This document shows, piece by piece, positions 38,601 to 52,149 of a stretch of 55,560 nt of DNA (position 1 is the stretch's first letter; each line of letters begins with the position of its first letter). Origin of the DNA: Callorhinchus milii (taxonomy: Eukaryota); NCBI RefSeq assembly GCF_018977255.1, contig NW_024705303.1, positions 1 to 55,560 on the forward strand, given 5' to 3'. Both the position numbers and the translations under genes were made by a program. The notes under the pieces are model-generated. The model saw nothing but the letters and a program-made list of their open reading frames with translations. It was not told the DNA's origin and made no database searches.

Positions 38601-41600
38601 AGCATGTACGTTGGCGTTCTTGTAAGTGGATAATTATGGTCCTCCTTGCGCATTTCCAAGTGCGACTCAGACAGTTGGATGCCGTCTCAGTACCCTCAGG
38701 TTCCGCTGAAAACTCAGCGGCGCTCTTGTATAGCCTACCATGTGCCAAGAAAAAGGTTTTGACTCCTATGCCGCCCTATCCAGACATTCCGGCCTTGACC
38801 TGGTGAGTCCAATGTGCGCCCTAGATGGGTTTGCACTTAACAACTTTCAGTCCCGCAAAGGCACATGAATGAATTCCATCAGTCTATAACAGGTACGTGT
38901 TTATCAGCCAGTAAAGCGAATAGACCACCGTGGGAATAGGGAGATAAGGTGATTTACAACAAATCGGAATCGGCAAAGACCAGCTATACCACGTCACCGA
39001 CAAGAATGTTAGTCAAGAACTAGATAGCGACTACCGCTGGGCGGTATGTTGATAGCACTCATGTTGGGTGACGAACATACTCTGTTCAGGACCACCGGCC
39101 GAAACCATGCGAATATTCATACTTCCTTTTTCGGCGCCGCAGTCCAATCGCGTGGAATGGACGGATTGACCAACCGTGCGTCGTGCTAAGACCTGATTGA
39201 CTGATAGCAATCTTAGTCATTTTTCGGCCCTCGTGAGATGTGGGCGCGCGTGGGGATACCGATGATATTCCGCTCCTAAAAGACATCAGCTAAATTAACC
39301 TCGTCTGGTTATAGGTTGCTTCAGTCTTTTAGGAAGACGTCGGTAATGTTACGGCTCTTTCCATCCAAAAACCCGAGTCTCTGATTACCCTTAACGGGCA
39401 CGGAATGAGAGATAGGGTCGCGCAGACAGCGGGCTATCGGTTATTCAAGCAGTGGGGTAACATAACCGAACTATCACAGCGTACGCACTTGTCGTATCGT
39501 CGACTCCGGCCCGGGAGACAATGTTCATAGTAAATGTCTATTTTAACATATAAATCTGTCTACGTACCCGTTTCACTCTCGCGGGCTTATATTGTTATAT
39601 TCCACCAAATGAAAGCGTTAATGACACAAATAGTCCCATTGGATAAGTTTCGGGAGTGCAAAATCAGGCTGCCAGGAGACACCCGAGAACCAGCTTACCG
39701 GTCGAGCTTAAGCCCGGAAAGTTAATTGGTAGGTAGGTAAGTGGGTTGGTGGTCCTCACATGTTAAGGACAGCCATGCTCATAACGACCCAATCGGGTGA
39801 CGACGAGAACTACCACAAGACCCTTCGTAGGAATGCAGTACTTAGTAAGTAGCTAGGGATTATCCGTCATGACCCGGTGCAGAGGTCAAACCAAGTTCCC
39901 ATGAATTAAGGTAAATCGAACGGGGGCTCTAGGCAGTACCGATATACAAGCGACTTCTGGGAAACGGTGGTACATCCATCTGAAGACGATCAGGAATCGA
40001 CTCCTTATACCTAGTTATACGCCTCATACCTGAATGAAGGACTCCTATGTTAAGCGATGTGGGACGGCCCCCTTGATGTACACACGCGCCTGCCACTGGC
40101 GACGAATTTCTAACGCGCTGCTTAAAAGATGGTAGCCTCCTGAAAGTATGTTCAATCTCTCACGAATAATGGCTGATGTCGCCTGGACCCCATCTATGAA
40201 ATCTAGTGTTCCCGTTGAAAGGTATCTTCACGGGTATCAACTTTTATATCACTCAAGTTCAATTCCTTGTCCTGCCGCCATACTTGATACGGAAAACCGG
40301 CGGCAGTAAAGCTTGAGCCAAGTTATATCGTCGACTAATCAAAGAAAGCGTGGTGACAGTACAGACAATCTTATACGCGCGAGCGGGTGGGGGGACATCC
40401 TGATCCGGTTTGTAGTGACCCGTCTTGACTTAACACTCAAACCCATCTGGGCTCTGCCCTGACAGAAGAGAGCTGAAAATATACCGATACATCAACGCTC
40501 GATACGCAGAATGCGAGGACTATTGCGGGCTATGCATCAAAGCCGGGCACCCGTAAAAGATCACAATCTTACGGTATAAAGGCTCTACGGTTAACGAGTC
40601 CGCAATTTGTATGGGAATTTTGTGTTCTTGAAAATGTTTAGTATCAGCTCCTGTACACACGTAATAGCGGGATTAAACGAGCATTTTTCCGTATAGAGAG
40701 ATTGAAGTGATTATAGGAGGCCAGGGAACTTCGTAGAGGAACTTAAAATTTCGACTCAACATCCGCATCGAGAATAGTACGCGGCTGTGCTTTGAGGTAG
40801 CGTCGAAGTTTTGCACGAAATTGTTTAAACGTACTGAGGCGGCTGTTCCGAGGCGGCCTGCTTCTACCGCCCTTACAGGGCGAATCTTAATTTCCCTCCT
40901 CCACAGAGTATACGGGAGGAATTCTGGCTGCAGCAACGCTATCGCTCCCGGGAGTCGACAGGTATACTCAAAAAACTGACTGCCCATCCTCCTCAGTATC
41001 TGGAGCATCCCGACGAACGCTCCATAGCAACACCCTAAATCCTCAAAGGAAGATCACCTACTATCCGGGTTGGATAGGATGGGGTGCTTGTAGGGTTCGA
41101 GTAAAGAGCGCGTCCATTGGAATGATACGGTTACTCAATGACTAATAGTTCGAGTATCCTCTTCAAACTGAGGTCCTTCTAGCCTCCCGGCCGCCAATAG
41201 TAAATCTGAATAATCAGCCAGTGACAGTCGAAACACTAAACGGACATTTGCATGTAAAAGGTCGGTAGGAACTGCTCGCGTAGATGGTCATTGTCAAGCG
41301 GAGTCGTGCCTCCGTAAGATTTGGGCTTATTGAAGGGGAAATCCTGCATCCAGTGCCCAGTCCCTAGGCTACTGCGGGGGCGCTATTAACCGTAGTAAAT
41401 CAACTGGAGTTTACGAGGGGGAAAACTAGTTTGCCGCGCTCGGCGCCTGCGCATGTTGTCCAGCATATGAGGATCCTCGTGATTCATGAAGTCACCGGGT
41501 AGTAGCAAAAGGCGAGTCACAGTTAGAGAACACTTCCAACTGGCACTGGAGAGACCCAAAGAGCCCACACGATACTATAAGTTTTACAGCTCAAGCACAG

Positions 41601-44600
41601 AACAGCGACTTTGTCCCGCATCATCAACACGGAGGTTTGTGAAACGTGTTTAAGAGTCGAGATTTCACTAGTATGATGAATAGCGGAAGTCGTATCGGTC
41701 CTTTGGACCGGGCTAGGGGCGTACGTGACAGCGAGCAGACTACAATTCGTATTTAGAAATTCTGATTGATAGACGAGTTTGCTTTTTAGCAGGCTCGGAC
41801 GTATAACTAACTCGTAAAATTAAAACAGGGATCTTGGAAAGACTGACCTTCGTACAAGCTTGGGAGTTTCTGTTTGCCTCGATATTGAGTAGTCACCAGT
41901 GGGGTCGGTACGTCTCAGTTGACATCTCGTGGCCCGCCATACGGTACCATATTTCAACGATAGGAGCTTACGACACCGTAAGCAGTGAGTTGCTGATGCA
42001 ATTATAGGGAGCAAAGCCCTCAATCTATTATTCCCGAGCCTCCTATTATGATTGAGGAGTGCGCCCAAGCGGCACGGAGCATTGACTAAACTACGCCGAC
42101 TACATGCCGGGTCCACTCTACGTGACTGCTAATCACGCATACTCCATTGAGTCCGGGCCCCATTTCTTTCCCACTGGGCAAGAAACAGGTGTCAAAGGTA
42201 GGTTTGACCAGAAATGACCGTCCGGCGATATCCGATCTCTACACCAAATAGCCACTTCGGTGTTCTCATTGGGGACCGTACCGCGGTACTTATGTAATCA
42301 TTCGACTAAGAAACTGGCTTGGCTACTAAACGGTTCTGGGTTAGGCATTGTGCCTGCACTTGCGCTTTATTACCTCACTGGATAAAGAGGGTTGCACGTT
42401 TGAGAACGCCTTGTATTTACCCCCGAACGGTGCTCGGCCCCCCCATAAGGTGTCAAGCGACGTCGAGCTTCAAAGTATAATCAAAAATGCTGTGGCCATA
42501 CGACTCCGTTACCTGTATGGATGTTAGCGGACTTATCCGTCAGACGGGATAGCGGAATAATCCCTGTCGTGCCCTCTTTCGCCTAGGAGAATGGGACATA
42601 AAGGGTAGAAGCCGGATGTTGGATGGCGGGCCCAATAGCAAGACGATTTTATCCGTGGGGAAAAGGCTATCAGGGAATATTAGCGCATAATTCCCGCGTC
42701 AGCGTATACGGATAAGGCTTCATCAAAGGTCGATAAAGAGGACTTTAGAAGGTCATCCCCAACGCAAAGTATTGTAAACGACGGCTGGTGCTGGTTGCGA
42801 GATGCAGGGAAGGCCTTACTCCTCAATAACTCTTGAGAGACCATTAAATGAGTTTCATGCGGTTCCAGGATGCAGGAAGGGAAAAAATTCGTGTTCCAGC
42901 GTCACCTATTCTACTGGTGAGTTCGAGACGACTTATTGGCGTTTGAGGAATCTACTTTTATTGCCGATATGCCACGTTGGGATTTGTGTCTCGAGTACGC
43001 TGGTACGGGCTTAATAAATAAGTCATTGGCCAGGACCGAGCGTGTTCGTATTGTCTCGGTCCCTTTTTGAGGACCTGTGCTCTATGCTACCACGCGGCAA
43101 GATCGTATCCAGTACAAACCAAGGTTGTATGGGTTGTTAGGCACCATTGCATAATGCGCGGGTATCAAGATTGAGACTAGTTAGGGTCCCTTACAGCTAC
43201 TGAGATCTTTAAGGTGGTTAGAACCATGGTAACTATATGGATCTTACAATTTATGCTGTCCTGCGCTCTCTTGGCTCACACCGTAAGTTCAGTCGCGTTA
43301 AAACCCTAGCATATGTAGCACGAATTTTTCCACCGTTGTATGGTGCGTAACGTTGTCGTAGCAGCACGATTATTTTACCCACGCCCAGTTTTATTATGAG
43401 CAGATTACGTGGCCGTATCTAATGTTGACCCTACCAGCCCCAGCCCTGGCGGGCTTTTTGATTCTCCATCCCGGACTGTCCCTTACCGTCCGCTAATATG
43501 ACAAAGTCGTATTGTCATAGTATGATGCACAACCGATGTTCTTGATCTAAGACAGCTATTCATAGACTATTCCCGTTAGTCGTACTTGTCAAGACTCACC
43601 ATTCACCCGTGGCCCGTACGAACCCATGGGGGGCGCGACACTGACTCGGGGGACACTCGGCCCAATTAGCTGCTTTATCACCCGAGCGCGAGCTTCGTAT
43701 CTGCAATTATATAGGGTACGGTTTGATGTAGGCAACGTCTTAGCTCTAGTACGTGAACCTATGTGGCATCTCATACGGATGTCGCCACGAGCATCTACAT
43801 CTGCTTATCCCCAGGTATGTGTACAACGAGCAGCGGATTTAAAGTGGATCTTGTCACAACGTTAGCTAGCCACAGATCCATAGCGATAGGGCCGGGACGC
43901 GCCGTTGATACGGTGTGAGTCCACACTTTGAAAAATATGTTATCGGCTTCTCATTAGGAGACGTGCTCGGTGGTGGTAACCCGCATTTTTCTGGTCCGAG
44001 TCGTCGCCGGGACTACCCCGCTCATTGCCCATGGCGACAACAATTGCCAAATTAGGTTGTCTTTCCGCCACGGGCTAACGCGTGCTCCCCCATGTAGAGT
44101 CGGGGGCCGCAAAGACAAACTGCTTTAGCGCCTCTTCGAGAACGATATTGGGACCACAGCTGCCGGCTTGGGCGGCTAAATCCGCCGTCGGACCATAGAC
44201 TTGCTAGTGAGAGTGCTGAAGCGTAGACAGTTCACGAAGCTTAGTACACAATTCCATTTAGCTTTTAACTCCGCCCTTTATGCCCATGCACAGGCACGAT
44301 CTTAGGCTTGCCTCATCACAAGCGTCGCTAGGGAGCTGGGAGTGGGCGAGGCGGCTAGAACGTGAGAACATACGCCCGAGACTAAGGGTCCGCAAGTCCT
44401 CTAGCTAGAAACCCAACGACAGCGGGACTGAGAGCACAGTTAGAGCCCGAAGCGAGGAGGTACGCGCGTAGCAGGTCAACCACGGACTGATCGAATTCCC
44501 ACCCTAGACCTAACTCATGGGAACCTGTTGCCAAGGCTCTGGGGCAATGGTCATTGGAACAAACTTAGGATGTGACAGTGGTGCAAATGGGTGCGTGATC

Positions 44601-47600
44601 GACGATATTGCTATGGGTGGGAGTTGAAGGACACCACATACAGTTGTACCACCATTCTTGGAATACAAGTTGCACCTTAGAAGGTCCTTTAACCTCAAAA
44701 GGTACGTATTGAGCCGCGAACCACGGGGCGATTGCTGTAATTCTCGCTGGTGACTTACCCTGAGGGGCTAAGCAACGTTCGTAAAGGTATGTCAACCAAG
44801 ACTCGACCTTGAAATTGTACAGATTACGCGGAGAAATCCAACTTTCTGGTTTGCAGAGAGCGAATAGCACAGGCACTTTCGTAGGGGGACACTCATCCAA
44901 CGATACCGTTCTTAGAGTGTCGCGGTTTGGGAGGCACTCAGCGGCAAAAAAAAATCCCTGAACAGCGAGTGCCTCGAGGGCGGCTCCATTAAACGAAAAA
45001 ATGTTAAATGGGCCTCTAGCCGGATATACAACGTATCGATTTTGGTTAGCTAGGTACAAGGCTGTGTCTGACGAGGCTTTTTCAGTCAAGAGCCCCCTTT
45101 ACGTACGGTATTTGGTTTCTGGGCACGTATTCTGCGCGAATAAAGAAGAAAATCAGTTGCGTGCACTAGCTCTATACTCGGCCCTTACGGTGCCGGTATT
45201 GTGCTAAATATTTACGCAAGGGGCGGCGTTTACTCCACCGTCCAACGCGCCAACCACTCGGTTCCGCCACGTGAGTTTTTGCAAACTTATCTTTCGTAGG
45301 GACAGCGGAGATTTGCGATGCGACGAGACTGCTTGGCTCATAGGTACGCCCGATCTCGAGGGTTAGTAGACTGCTAAGGTTATGTGACACTAAAATACGG
45401 TCCCTCGAAGAATAGAAGATACCATTACCGACACCTAACGAGAATCTATGCTTGTACGACGTTGCGAGTATGACCCTCACCATGTGTAGAAGAGCAGTGC
45501 TTATGAAGTGACGGCGTTCTGTTATTGAGAAACAGCATTCATCACACCGTGAAATATTATACCTTTAGCGGAGTAAATATTTGACTAGCAGGCGAAGTAT
45601 CCTCCAAGTTGTTACTAGAATAAATCGCTGTCACGAAGCTCCTCGTATTTGAAATTCTTGCAATCTTTGGCCTGATGATGATATGGGGTCTGCTTAAATG
45701 CATTAAGGGAGTAGCGCAAGAACATAGTGGAGGATGGCCAACACACTCATACTGTAATCGGGCTGCGTCCAGTATAGTCGGGAACTAGACGTAATCCTTC
45801 GTGATGCTAGCAGACGTGCCAAATAATGGGCTACACGGCCCGCCATTTTGTATGGCAAAAATTTTGTATGCCAGGGAAGGACTTACCGAATATAAGGATT
45901 ATCCTCTGTATACAGTGGGACGAGAGTAGGGGGTGATCCCAAGTTTGTGTATTGAACAAGTTCCTAATAATTGCTCGCCATTGCGGCTATTGGCGGTACC
46001 GAAAGACAAGGCAGCTAGGTTACAACATGGGAACAAGTCGGCCCTTACGCATCGTAAGCACAGCGACGACGGAGCTGAAATGTATGGGTTTAAGCGCCCG
46101 TGATGTGGCGGCCTTTACGCAGTAGGGATAGTGTCACCTCGGTGTAGAGAGGAATTGGATCATAATGAAGCGCCCCAAGTGCGCGGCAACACATATAGGC
46201 TAAAGACCAGACAAAAGATTCGGGGTGTTCTTAGCGGGCGCGGCGTGAGCGCTATCTGCGGCTTCCTTTCTAAACGGTACATTTGGCACGTTACTGGCCA
46301 TACTGGCGGTGGCGGTTTCTATTGAGATAGATGAAGAAGTGCCATTAAATGATGGCACGCGACCCACTAACACTCGTGGTAGGGCACACGATCAGACTTC
46401 ATACGTAGCATCAATATCGACTCACAGGATGCTCCTCTGATACTGGATGGCTGTATGCCAGGATGCCCTGAGTCTTTTCTGGGATGGATACCCAAGAAAA
46501 TTTTAGAATAGTATTCATACCGCCAGGGGTGCGCTATACCTCTGGCAGTTGCCATTAGGAGAGTGAAAGGTTTTGAACTGGTAGTAGTGGTAGTGAAACG
46601 TGCACGCAGGTTTGATTCTTCGCCTAAATACAGTTGGGAAGCGACTCAAAAACTTATATCTCCATCCCGGCGCAACCCATTTCAGACAATAAGTCTTCGT
46701 GTTAATATAGGCGAGATACTACTCTCTGGATCTGAAACCGGTGGGCGGGAAAGGACCGTCACAATTAAGTATGCTTTTCGTTGTCGTGAAGGGCACTGCA
46801 CTACTACGGAAAGGTCATTAGGGGTGAGATGAGGCTATAACGGTGCCTAGAGTCGACTAGAATTCCGTCCATACCTTCAATCTCACTTCCCGTGCGGTCC
46901 CATTCGTTGTCATGTGGACAGTCCTGTATCACCGGATGTATGGCCTGACTACATTGATAGGTTTTATGCTTATGGATCTAACCTCCAATAGCATTTTATT
47001 ACGGTTAAAGTGTCCCATGTTGTGCAGCTGACGGCGAAGGGACCGACATGCGGATGCTCAGTCTATCACTTTCCCACAGTAGCCTTCGGTGTCCTTGGGC
47101 TAGACACACCTCACTGTTGCGGAAATTGACCATCAGGTGAACAGTTCAATATCTCCTCAGGAATTATAACCCGTGTCACTCGGACGCCATGCTGATGATA
47201 CCTTGATAACAACTCGTGATGAGATGCCACTTAAATAGAATCCTTACTGCACCAGTAAACTATACTAGTTAGGATAGAGGAGAACAATGGCCCGTATACC
47301 ACCTGCTGAGACGGCCGTTTGCTGCTACTCGTACTTAAATGGCGTGCCTAGAGTACTCGCACCAGCGTTGGGTCCAGGGATAAGATATCCACTATACTTC
47401 GAAGAGTTTCCACCCTACGGTGCTGCACCCCGCCGCTGATCGGAGGCGTCCAAGCTTAGGACTAACAAAGATGTTTATCCGACTCGAACCAGGGTTCCAA
47501 GAGGCTGCACCGTATGTCACCACATTGCAGGTCTCAGATAGGACGCTCGTCATACTCCACCCATTTTAGCTATTCGGTGGCAATACAGGTGACATTGTAC

Positions 47601-47830
47601 CACATACTATTGCCCCAAAATCCATGGTGCGTCTAATCGAGGCACTGTTAGTGACGAAGTACACTTCTGCCCCACGCGTAAAGCCCGCCGAAGATAATGG
47701 CTTCATGCTGTCAAAAAGCAACTGTTTTTCGTTTATTAGAGTCATATAGATCCATACACTCGGCAGGTCTCCAATGACCGCCCACAGGGCCCGTGAAAGT
47801 GCAGCATTACCTCCGTCCCGAGAACATAAC
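11668..47830. other. ~36 kb featureless, random-like block (probably shuffled/synthetic or artefactual)
   Basis: By eye: near-equal base use, abundant CpG/TpA/CTAG, no microsatellites, SINEs or long A/T tracts. Longest ORF in the track is 174 aa and none is recognisable. Abrupt return to AT-rich intron-like DNA near 47830 (boundary approximate). Confidence 0.85.
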
Positions 47831-48840
47831 TGGAGCATCATTTAACACATTCTGCATATAATTTTGATAATGGGAGAGGACAAGAAATTAATGCATGCAT
47901 AATTTGGGTCTAAAATATATTTTTATCCATCCATGTTCTGGTCCTTGGAGGCATGTAACAATTAACTTCCAGTAGAAATAGATTCTATCGTGAATTCTCT
48001 CTCCCCCTCCTCACCCTCAAACCAGCGATCGGCAATTAAAAACAAATATTACCTCTAAATATTTTGCATATTATTTGTAGTGTTTAACTCTTGTCAAATT
48101 TGTAGTTTGTTCACTCAATTATCCAGGATGTATACTTTGCATATATATGTATATATTTGAATAATAATTTTGCAACATTTGATAGTATGCTTTTGATGTA
48201 TGCACCATTACACACCTAATTATTATAGCAAAACCAAATGTAAGGCAAAACTAGAGATTGGCAAAAACAAATACTAAACTCCTTGAGCACAGGTTACTCA
48301 ACCACAATTTATTTAAATTTCCACAATGATATTGTGCCAGTCTTGTAAAAATGCTCATCCTAAGTTGATGCATAGTTTATTCCCCATTTTAAAATTTGGA
48401 TGTAAAACTACGACGGTTCATTGTGCAGGCTTTTTATGATAACAAAAAAAGAGCCCTATTTCAAAAAGAATCTGCTATCGTAAGTCCACATTGTATAATC
48501 AAAAGGTAGCCTTGTTCCATTAGCCAGATACCTACAGCCAGGGCTTAATTTCAGCTGGGTTGTCCAGATCGGTGACATGGGAAATATTATCTACAATCGA
48601 CACAGCACATCCAAGAAAACCCCTAGCTAGTCACGTGCCTACTCCAGTCTACCAGCCAAATGGGAAAACAATATTCCGTTTAGAAACTAATCCCTTGCTA
48701 AAGCAGGATCGCACCCCAGAGAAAGGGTGCACTTTTAATGGGGCCTCTTCATCCATCATCGCTGCATTACCTGCCGACAAAGCCTCAAATAGAATAGCTT
48801 GCTCGTCAGCTTGAGCAGCCATGCACACAGCACATCGTTC

Positions 48841-50011
48841 ACATTCCCGGCCTTTCATTCGGCCCCAGGCTGCTTTTTTGTTTTAAGCAGAGTGAGCCAT
48901 GAATGTTTCAGCAGATAATAGCATCCAATCATCTGATGAAAATAGGCCGACCCCTGAACAACGCCTAAATAATAATAACAACCTCCACGTGCCAGGTTTA
49001 AGGGGTTTGGCGTGTGAACCATGTGTCTTGCAGGAGCATGCACCAAGTTGAAGGATTATTATGCTTCGAACATGTGGATTTGTGTTTTGCCTTCTCGTGC
49101 TGATTTTAATAACGCGACACACTTTAAGGTGTATAGCGTAAAGGGAGAGGCTATCTGAAAGTGCGTGGAATGTCAACAACTGCAGGAGAGGCTTTGATGT
49201 TAACATCAAGATGCTCTTTGTTGATGCTGGTTGAAAGATGTGACTTTATACAACCTTCTTCAGAGCTGTTTTTAAAAAATGCATGAAATACACATTTTTC
49301 TGTTTCATGTTTTACGATTTGAAGCCATAAAGTATCATTATGACAAGGGAAATTAACTCCATATCTTCAGGTAAAATCATGTCTTTGACTTTTTTCGTAC
49401 TAAAAACGATTGGCAGTAATTTCTTAACAAGTGGAACACTACTCTTTAGTAACTAAAATATTTGTCTAAATTAGTTAATTTAAACATTAGAAAATGTCTT
49501 TTATATGAACTTAAAGACAACAATCCAATGTCACATTTTTGATGCATAGCCAATAAATTATACCATAGTGCGATTGAAAACACTATGAAAACATTCCATT
49601 ATTATGAAAATGTACGGTACATTTCCGCATATGGAATGTTACTTTTTAAAGTCAGCTTCAAGTAATTTCGTTGTGGCTGCTCAGTGTTCAGGAAGTCATT
49701 GGAATGTTTAAACAATGTTTCAAAAGTAAAGACATTCCGTACGGAGCCTTTTATTATAACAGACTTATTATAATCCAGACAATTCGGTTTTCCTGTGGCT
49801 TTTATAATTTATTTAAATATTCACAGGCAATAAAAACCACACTGGATGGGTAGCTGCATGTGACAAATGTTGTGTTAAATGTCATTTACGTTTTTAAAGT
49901 TCACAGATCTGACCGAATATACATTATTTAAATGGATGAAAATGTTACGTCAAAGTGATGACTATAACAAATGGGACAGATAATCTAGCACCTACTAATG
50001 CCAATGACTCA
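48841..50011. promoter_or_regulatory. Candidate intronic TEAD/AP-1 enhancer
   Basis: ACATTCC/GGAATGT at 48841, 49167, 49591, 49633, 49701 and 49732; AP-1 TGACTCA at 50005-50011. Confidence 0.55.
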
Positions 50012-50557
50012 TAACATGACTAAGTTTTAACTGCATAACAGATACTGAAAAAAGTTGGTGAAAACGCACCTGGAAATACTTGTACTGTATTGTTCATCCA
50101 TTCAATCACAGTCAAAATGTCACACTCATTTGCAACTATGGGAAGGAGCGGAGGGTACCTATAAACTAAATATTTGCATGTCAAAGTTTAACAAGACAAG
50201 TTTACTCCCTGTAATATTTAGGGTTAAACGAGGTCATGCCAGCCAACCCACCAAAACATTCTCATTGCAAACTTTCTGTACCAGTCAAAGTATTTGCTTT
50301 GTAAATGTTTGCACAATAACACACCTAAACAACATCTGGTCAGAGCAATGTAGTAAAAATACCTTGAATAAAAATAAATATACAAGTTTGAAACATGCTG
50401 ACCTCTGACCACCAACGATGAGCCGATTGAAACAGATCCTGCATTGAACTAATTACATCAAAAATCAATCATGAAGTTGGATTCTGACTATATCACAAGA
50501 CCCAAGGTATGTGTAAACTAAATGCCTTTTTTCACCTGTAACAAAGACCTCTTGTCA

Positions 50558-50656
50558 AAAGATATTATAAACACTAAAGATATTATAAACACTAAAGATA
50601 TTACAAACACTAAAGATATTACAAACACTAAAGATATTATAAATACTAAAGATATT
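50558..50656. repeat. 18-bp minisatellite AAAGATATTAYAAACACT, about 5.5 copies
   Basis: Directly visible tandem units. Confidence 0.95.
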
Positions 50657-50662
50657 CCGTAT

Positions 50663-50903
50663 AGCCTGTAACAGACTGTTGGGCAAGTAATGTTAGCGTA
50701 CACCTATGAAGGCCGGCACGGCACGCGAGGGTAGGTGGCCAGCACCACGCTTTTGTCTCCCGAGTGGCAATGTTTACACATCGCACCAGGTACTAATTTG
50801 AGGCCGATTCCACCTAGGGGAGGCCCAGGACAGGTTCAGATAATCGTCAATGGTATAGGCAGTGACGGCTCATAGCGCAGCACGCTAACTGCTACACTAT
50901 GGC
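50663..50903 (-). mobile_element. tRNA-derived SINE-like repeat (second copy at 54771-55385)
   Basis: Shares ctgttgggcaagt...cctatgaagg...tggccagca...ttttgtctcc.gagtg and cctaggggaggcc.aggac with the second copy. ctaactgctacacta is a reversed A-box-like head. Confidence 0.65.
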
Positions 50904-51358
50904 ACATGCATGTTATTATAAACACATCATAAACACCTCACATACACACACACAAACGCCTGTCCACTTTAATTTCACACAGGTGATTGTTGCTACTTCT
51001 CTCCCTTGGAAACGGGTTCGGGGGGGGGCAGAAACTTATAAACAATAATTCTGCTGGAAGCGGATGAGTGATGGAAGAGATGGATTCGCAGCTGCTGCTG
51101 CTGCTGCTGCAGCAGGGCAGCCGCAGACATTCCAGGCGAGCGAGCACGGTGGGCTCCAGCAGGGCAGACAAGCACGTCAGGCACCCGCCGCGCAGCAGGA
51201 ATAGCACGCGAGGCATGCGGGCGGCTCGCCTGACCGTGGCCATCATGCTGCTCTTTAAAAAGTGTGTGCCAAACATTCACGAAATGCACTGCGCTTACTT
51301 TATAAGGCGAACAAATATTGCAATAATAAACCCGGAGGCATCTTTAGCTCTTCGGTTT

Positions 51359-51600
51359 GGGTGGCTCACAGGAAGAGTGGAGTGACTCGCAATGAGAAGG
51401 TTGCATATTCAAACCCTCTACTTGGTGGGGGGGGGGGTTGACTGAGCCAATCATCCCTCCGGGGTGGACAGAATCAGTACAACTTTGTGGGAAAGGCAAC
51501 AGTGGTTTGGCCCCTGCTATACGAATATGGAATTTCCATCAATAAATTACTTTGACCTGACAGGACCCTTGGGTTAGAGGTGGGTAACATTAAGCGTGGA
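51359..51600 (+). mobile_element. tRNA-derived SINE remnant
   Basis: A-box-like TGGCTCACAGG (51362), B-box-like ATTCAAACC (~51407), then gttgactgagccaatcatccctccggggtggacagaatcagtac, resembling a conserved SINE central domain. 3' end approximate. Confidence 0.6.
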
Positions 51601-52149
51601 CGTGTTAAGCAATGCATTTTACGGTAACAAGAAGTGGGAGACATACGAATATTTTTTTCTCATACTGAACAGGCCAAGGGATGCGGCACACATCTGTTTC
51701 TAGTATGGATTATTCAATAAGCCAAAAGCAGAATACGCTAGACCACCCACAAAAATGATGAACCGTTTCATACGTTGAATATGTCACAACACAATCTGTC
51801 TTCATGGCAGACATAACTGAATCTAAAAGGAGGGCTATGAGACCAATTATCCACCCCACATACAGGAAAAAATGGGGTGTGGGAGTCTGGGGTGGGAGTA
51901 AAGACCACATGAGCAGACACAGTTCACTGCACAAGCAGACTTGCACTTATGATGTAATGCATTATGGACATTACTTTTTGTACTGATGGCATGTCAAGTT
52001 ATTGTTGACCACAATTTATTATGCTGATTCTCAGGATATTTAAAATCCTTTGTGGAATGATGTCTTCTTGGCTACTATGTCTTTAGCCTTCTCTGTATTT
52101 TTGGAATTAGACCCACTTTAGCACTCTGTAACTTTATTTTTTTTATTGT

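Noticed and set aside
43442..43460. AGCCC-TGGC-GGGCT-TTTT terminator-like hairpin
   Set aside because: 5-bp stem with no upstream gene; expected by chance.
11805..47841. All ORFs in the central block (e.g. 12784-13245, 44565-45089) as viral, transposon or bacterial genes
   Set aside because: Short, overlapping on both strands, random-like amino-acid composition, no motifs and no operon-like packing.
48649..48858. Minus-strand ORF containing EQAIL, superficially FERM-like
   Set aside because: The surrounding residues do not align to the FERM domain and I see no matching splice sites.
50518..50545. Minus-strand LQVKKG resembling the next PTPN14 exon (YYLQVKKD)
   Set aside because: Followed almost immediately by a stop and preceded by a minisatellite; lacks YQYY.
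50558..50656. Regular repeat as a possible CRISPR-like array
   Set aside because: Head-to-tail 18-bp units with no spacers; an ordinary minisatellite.
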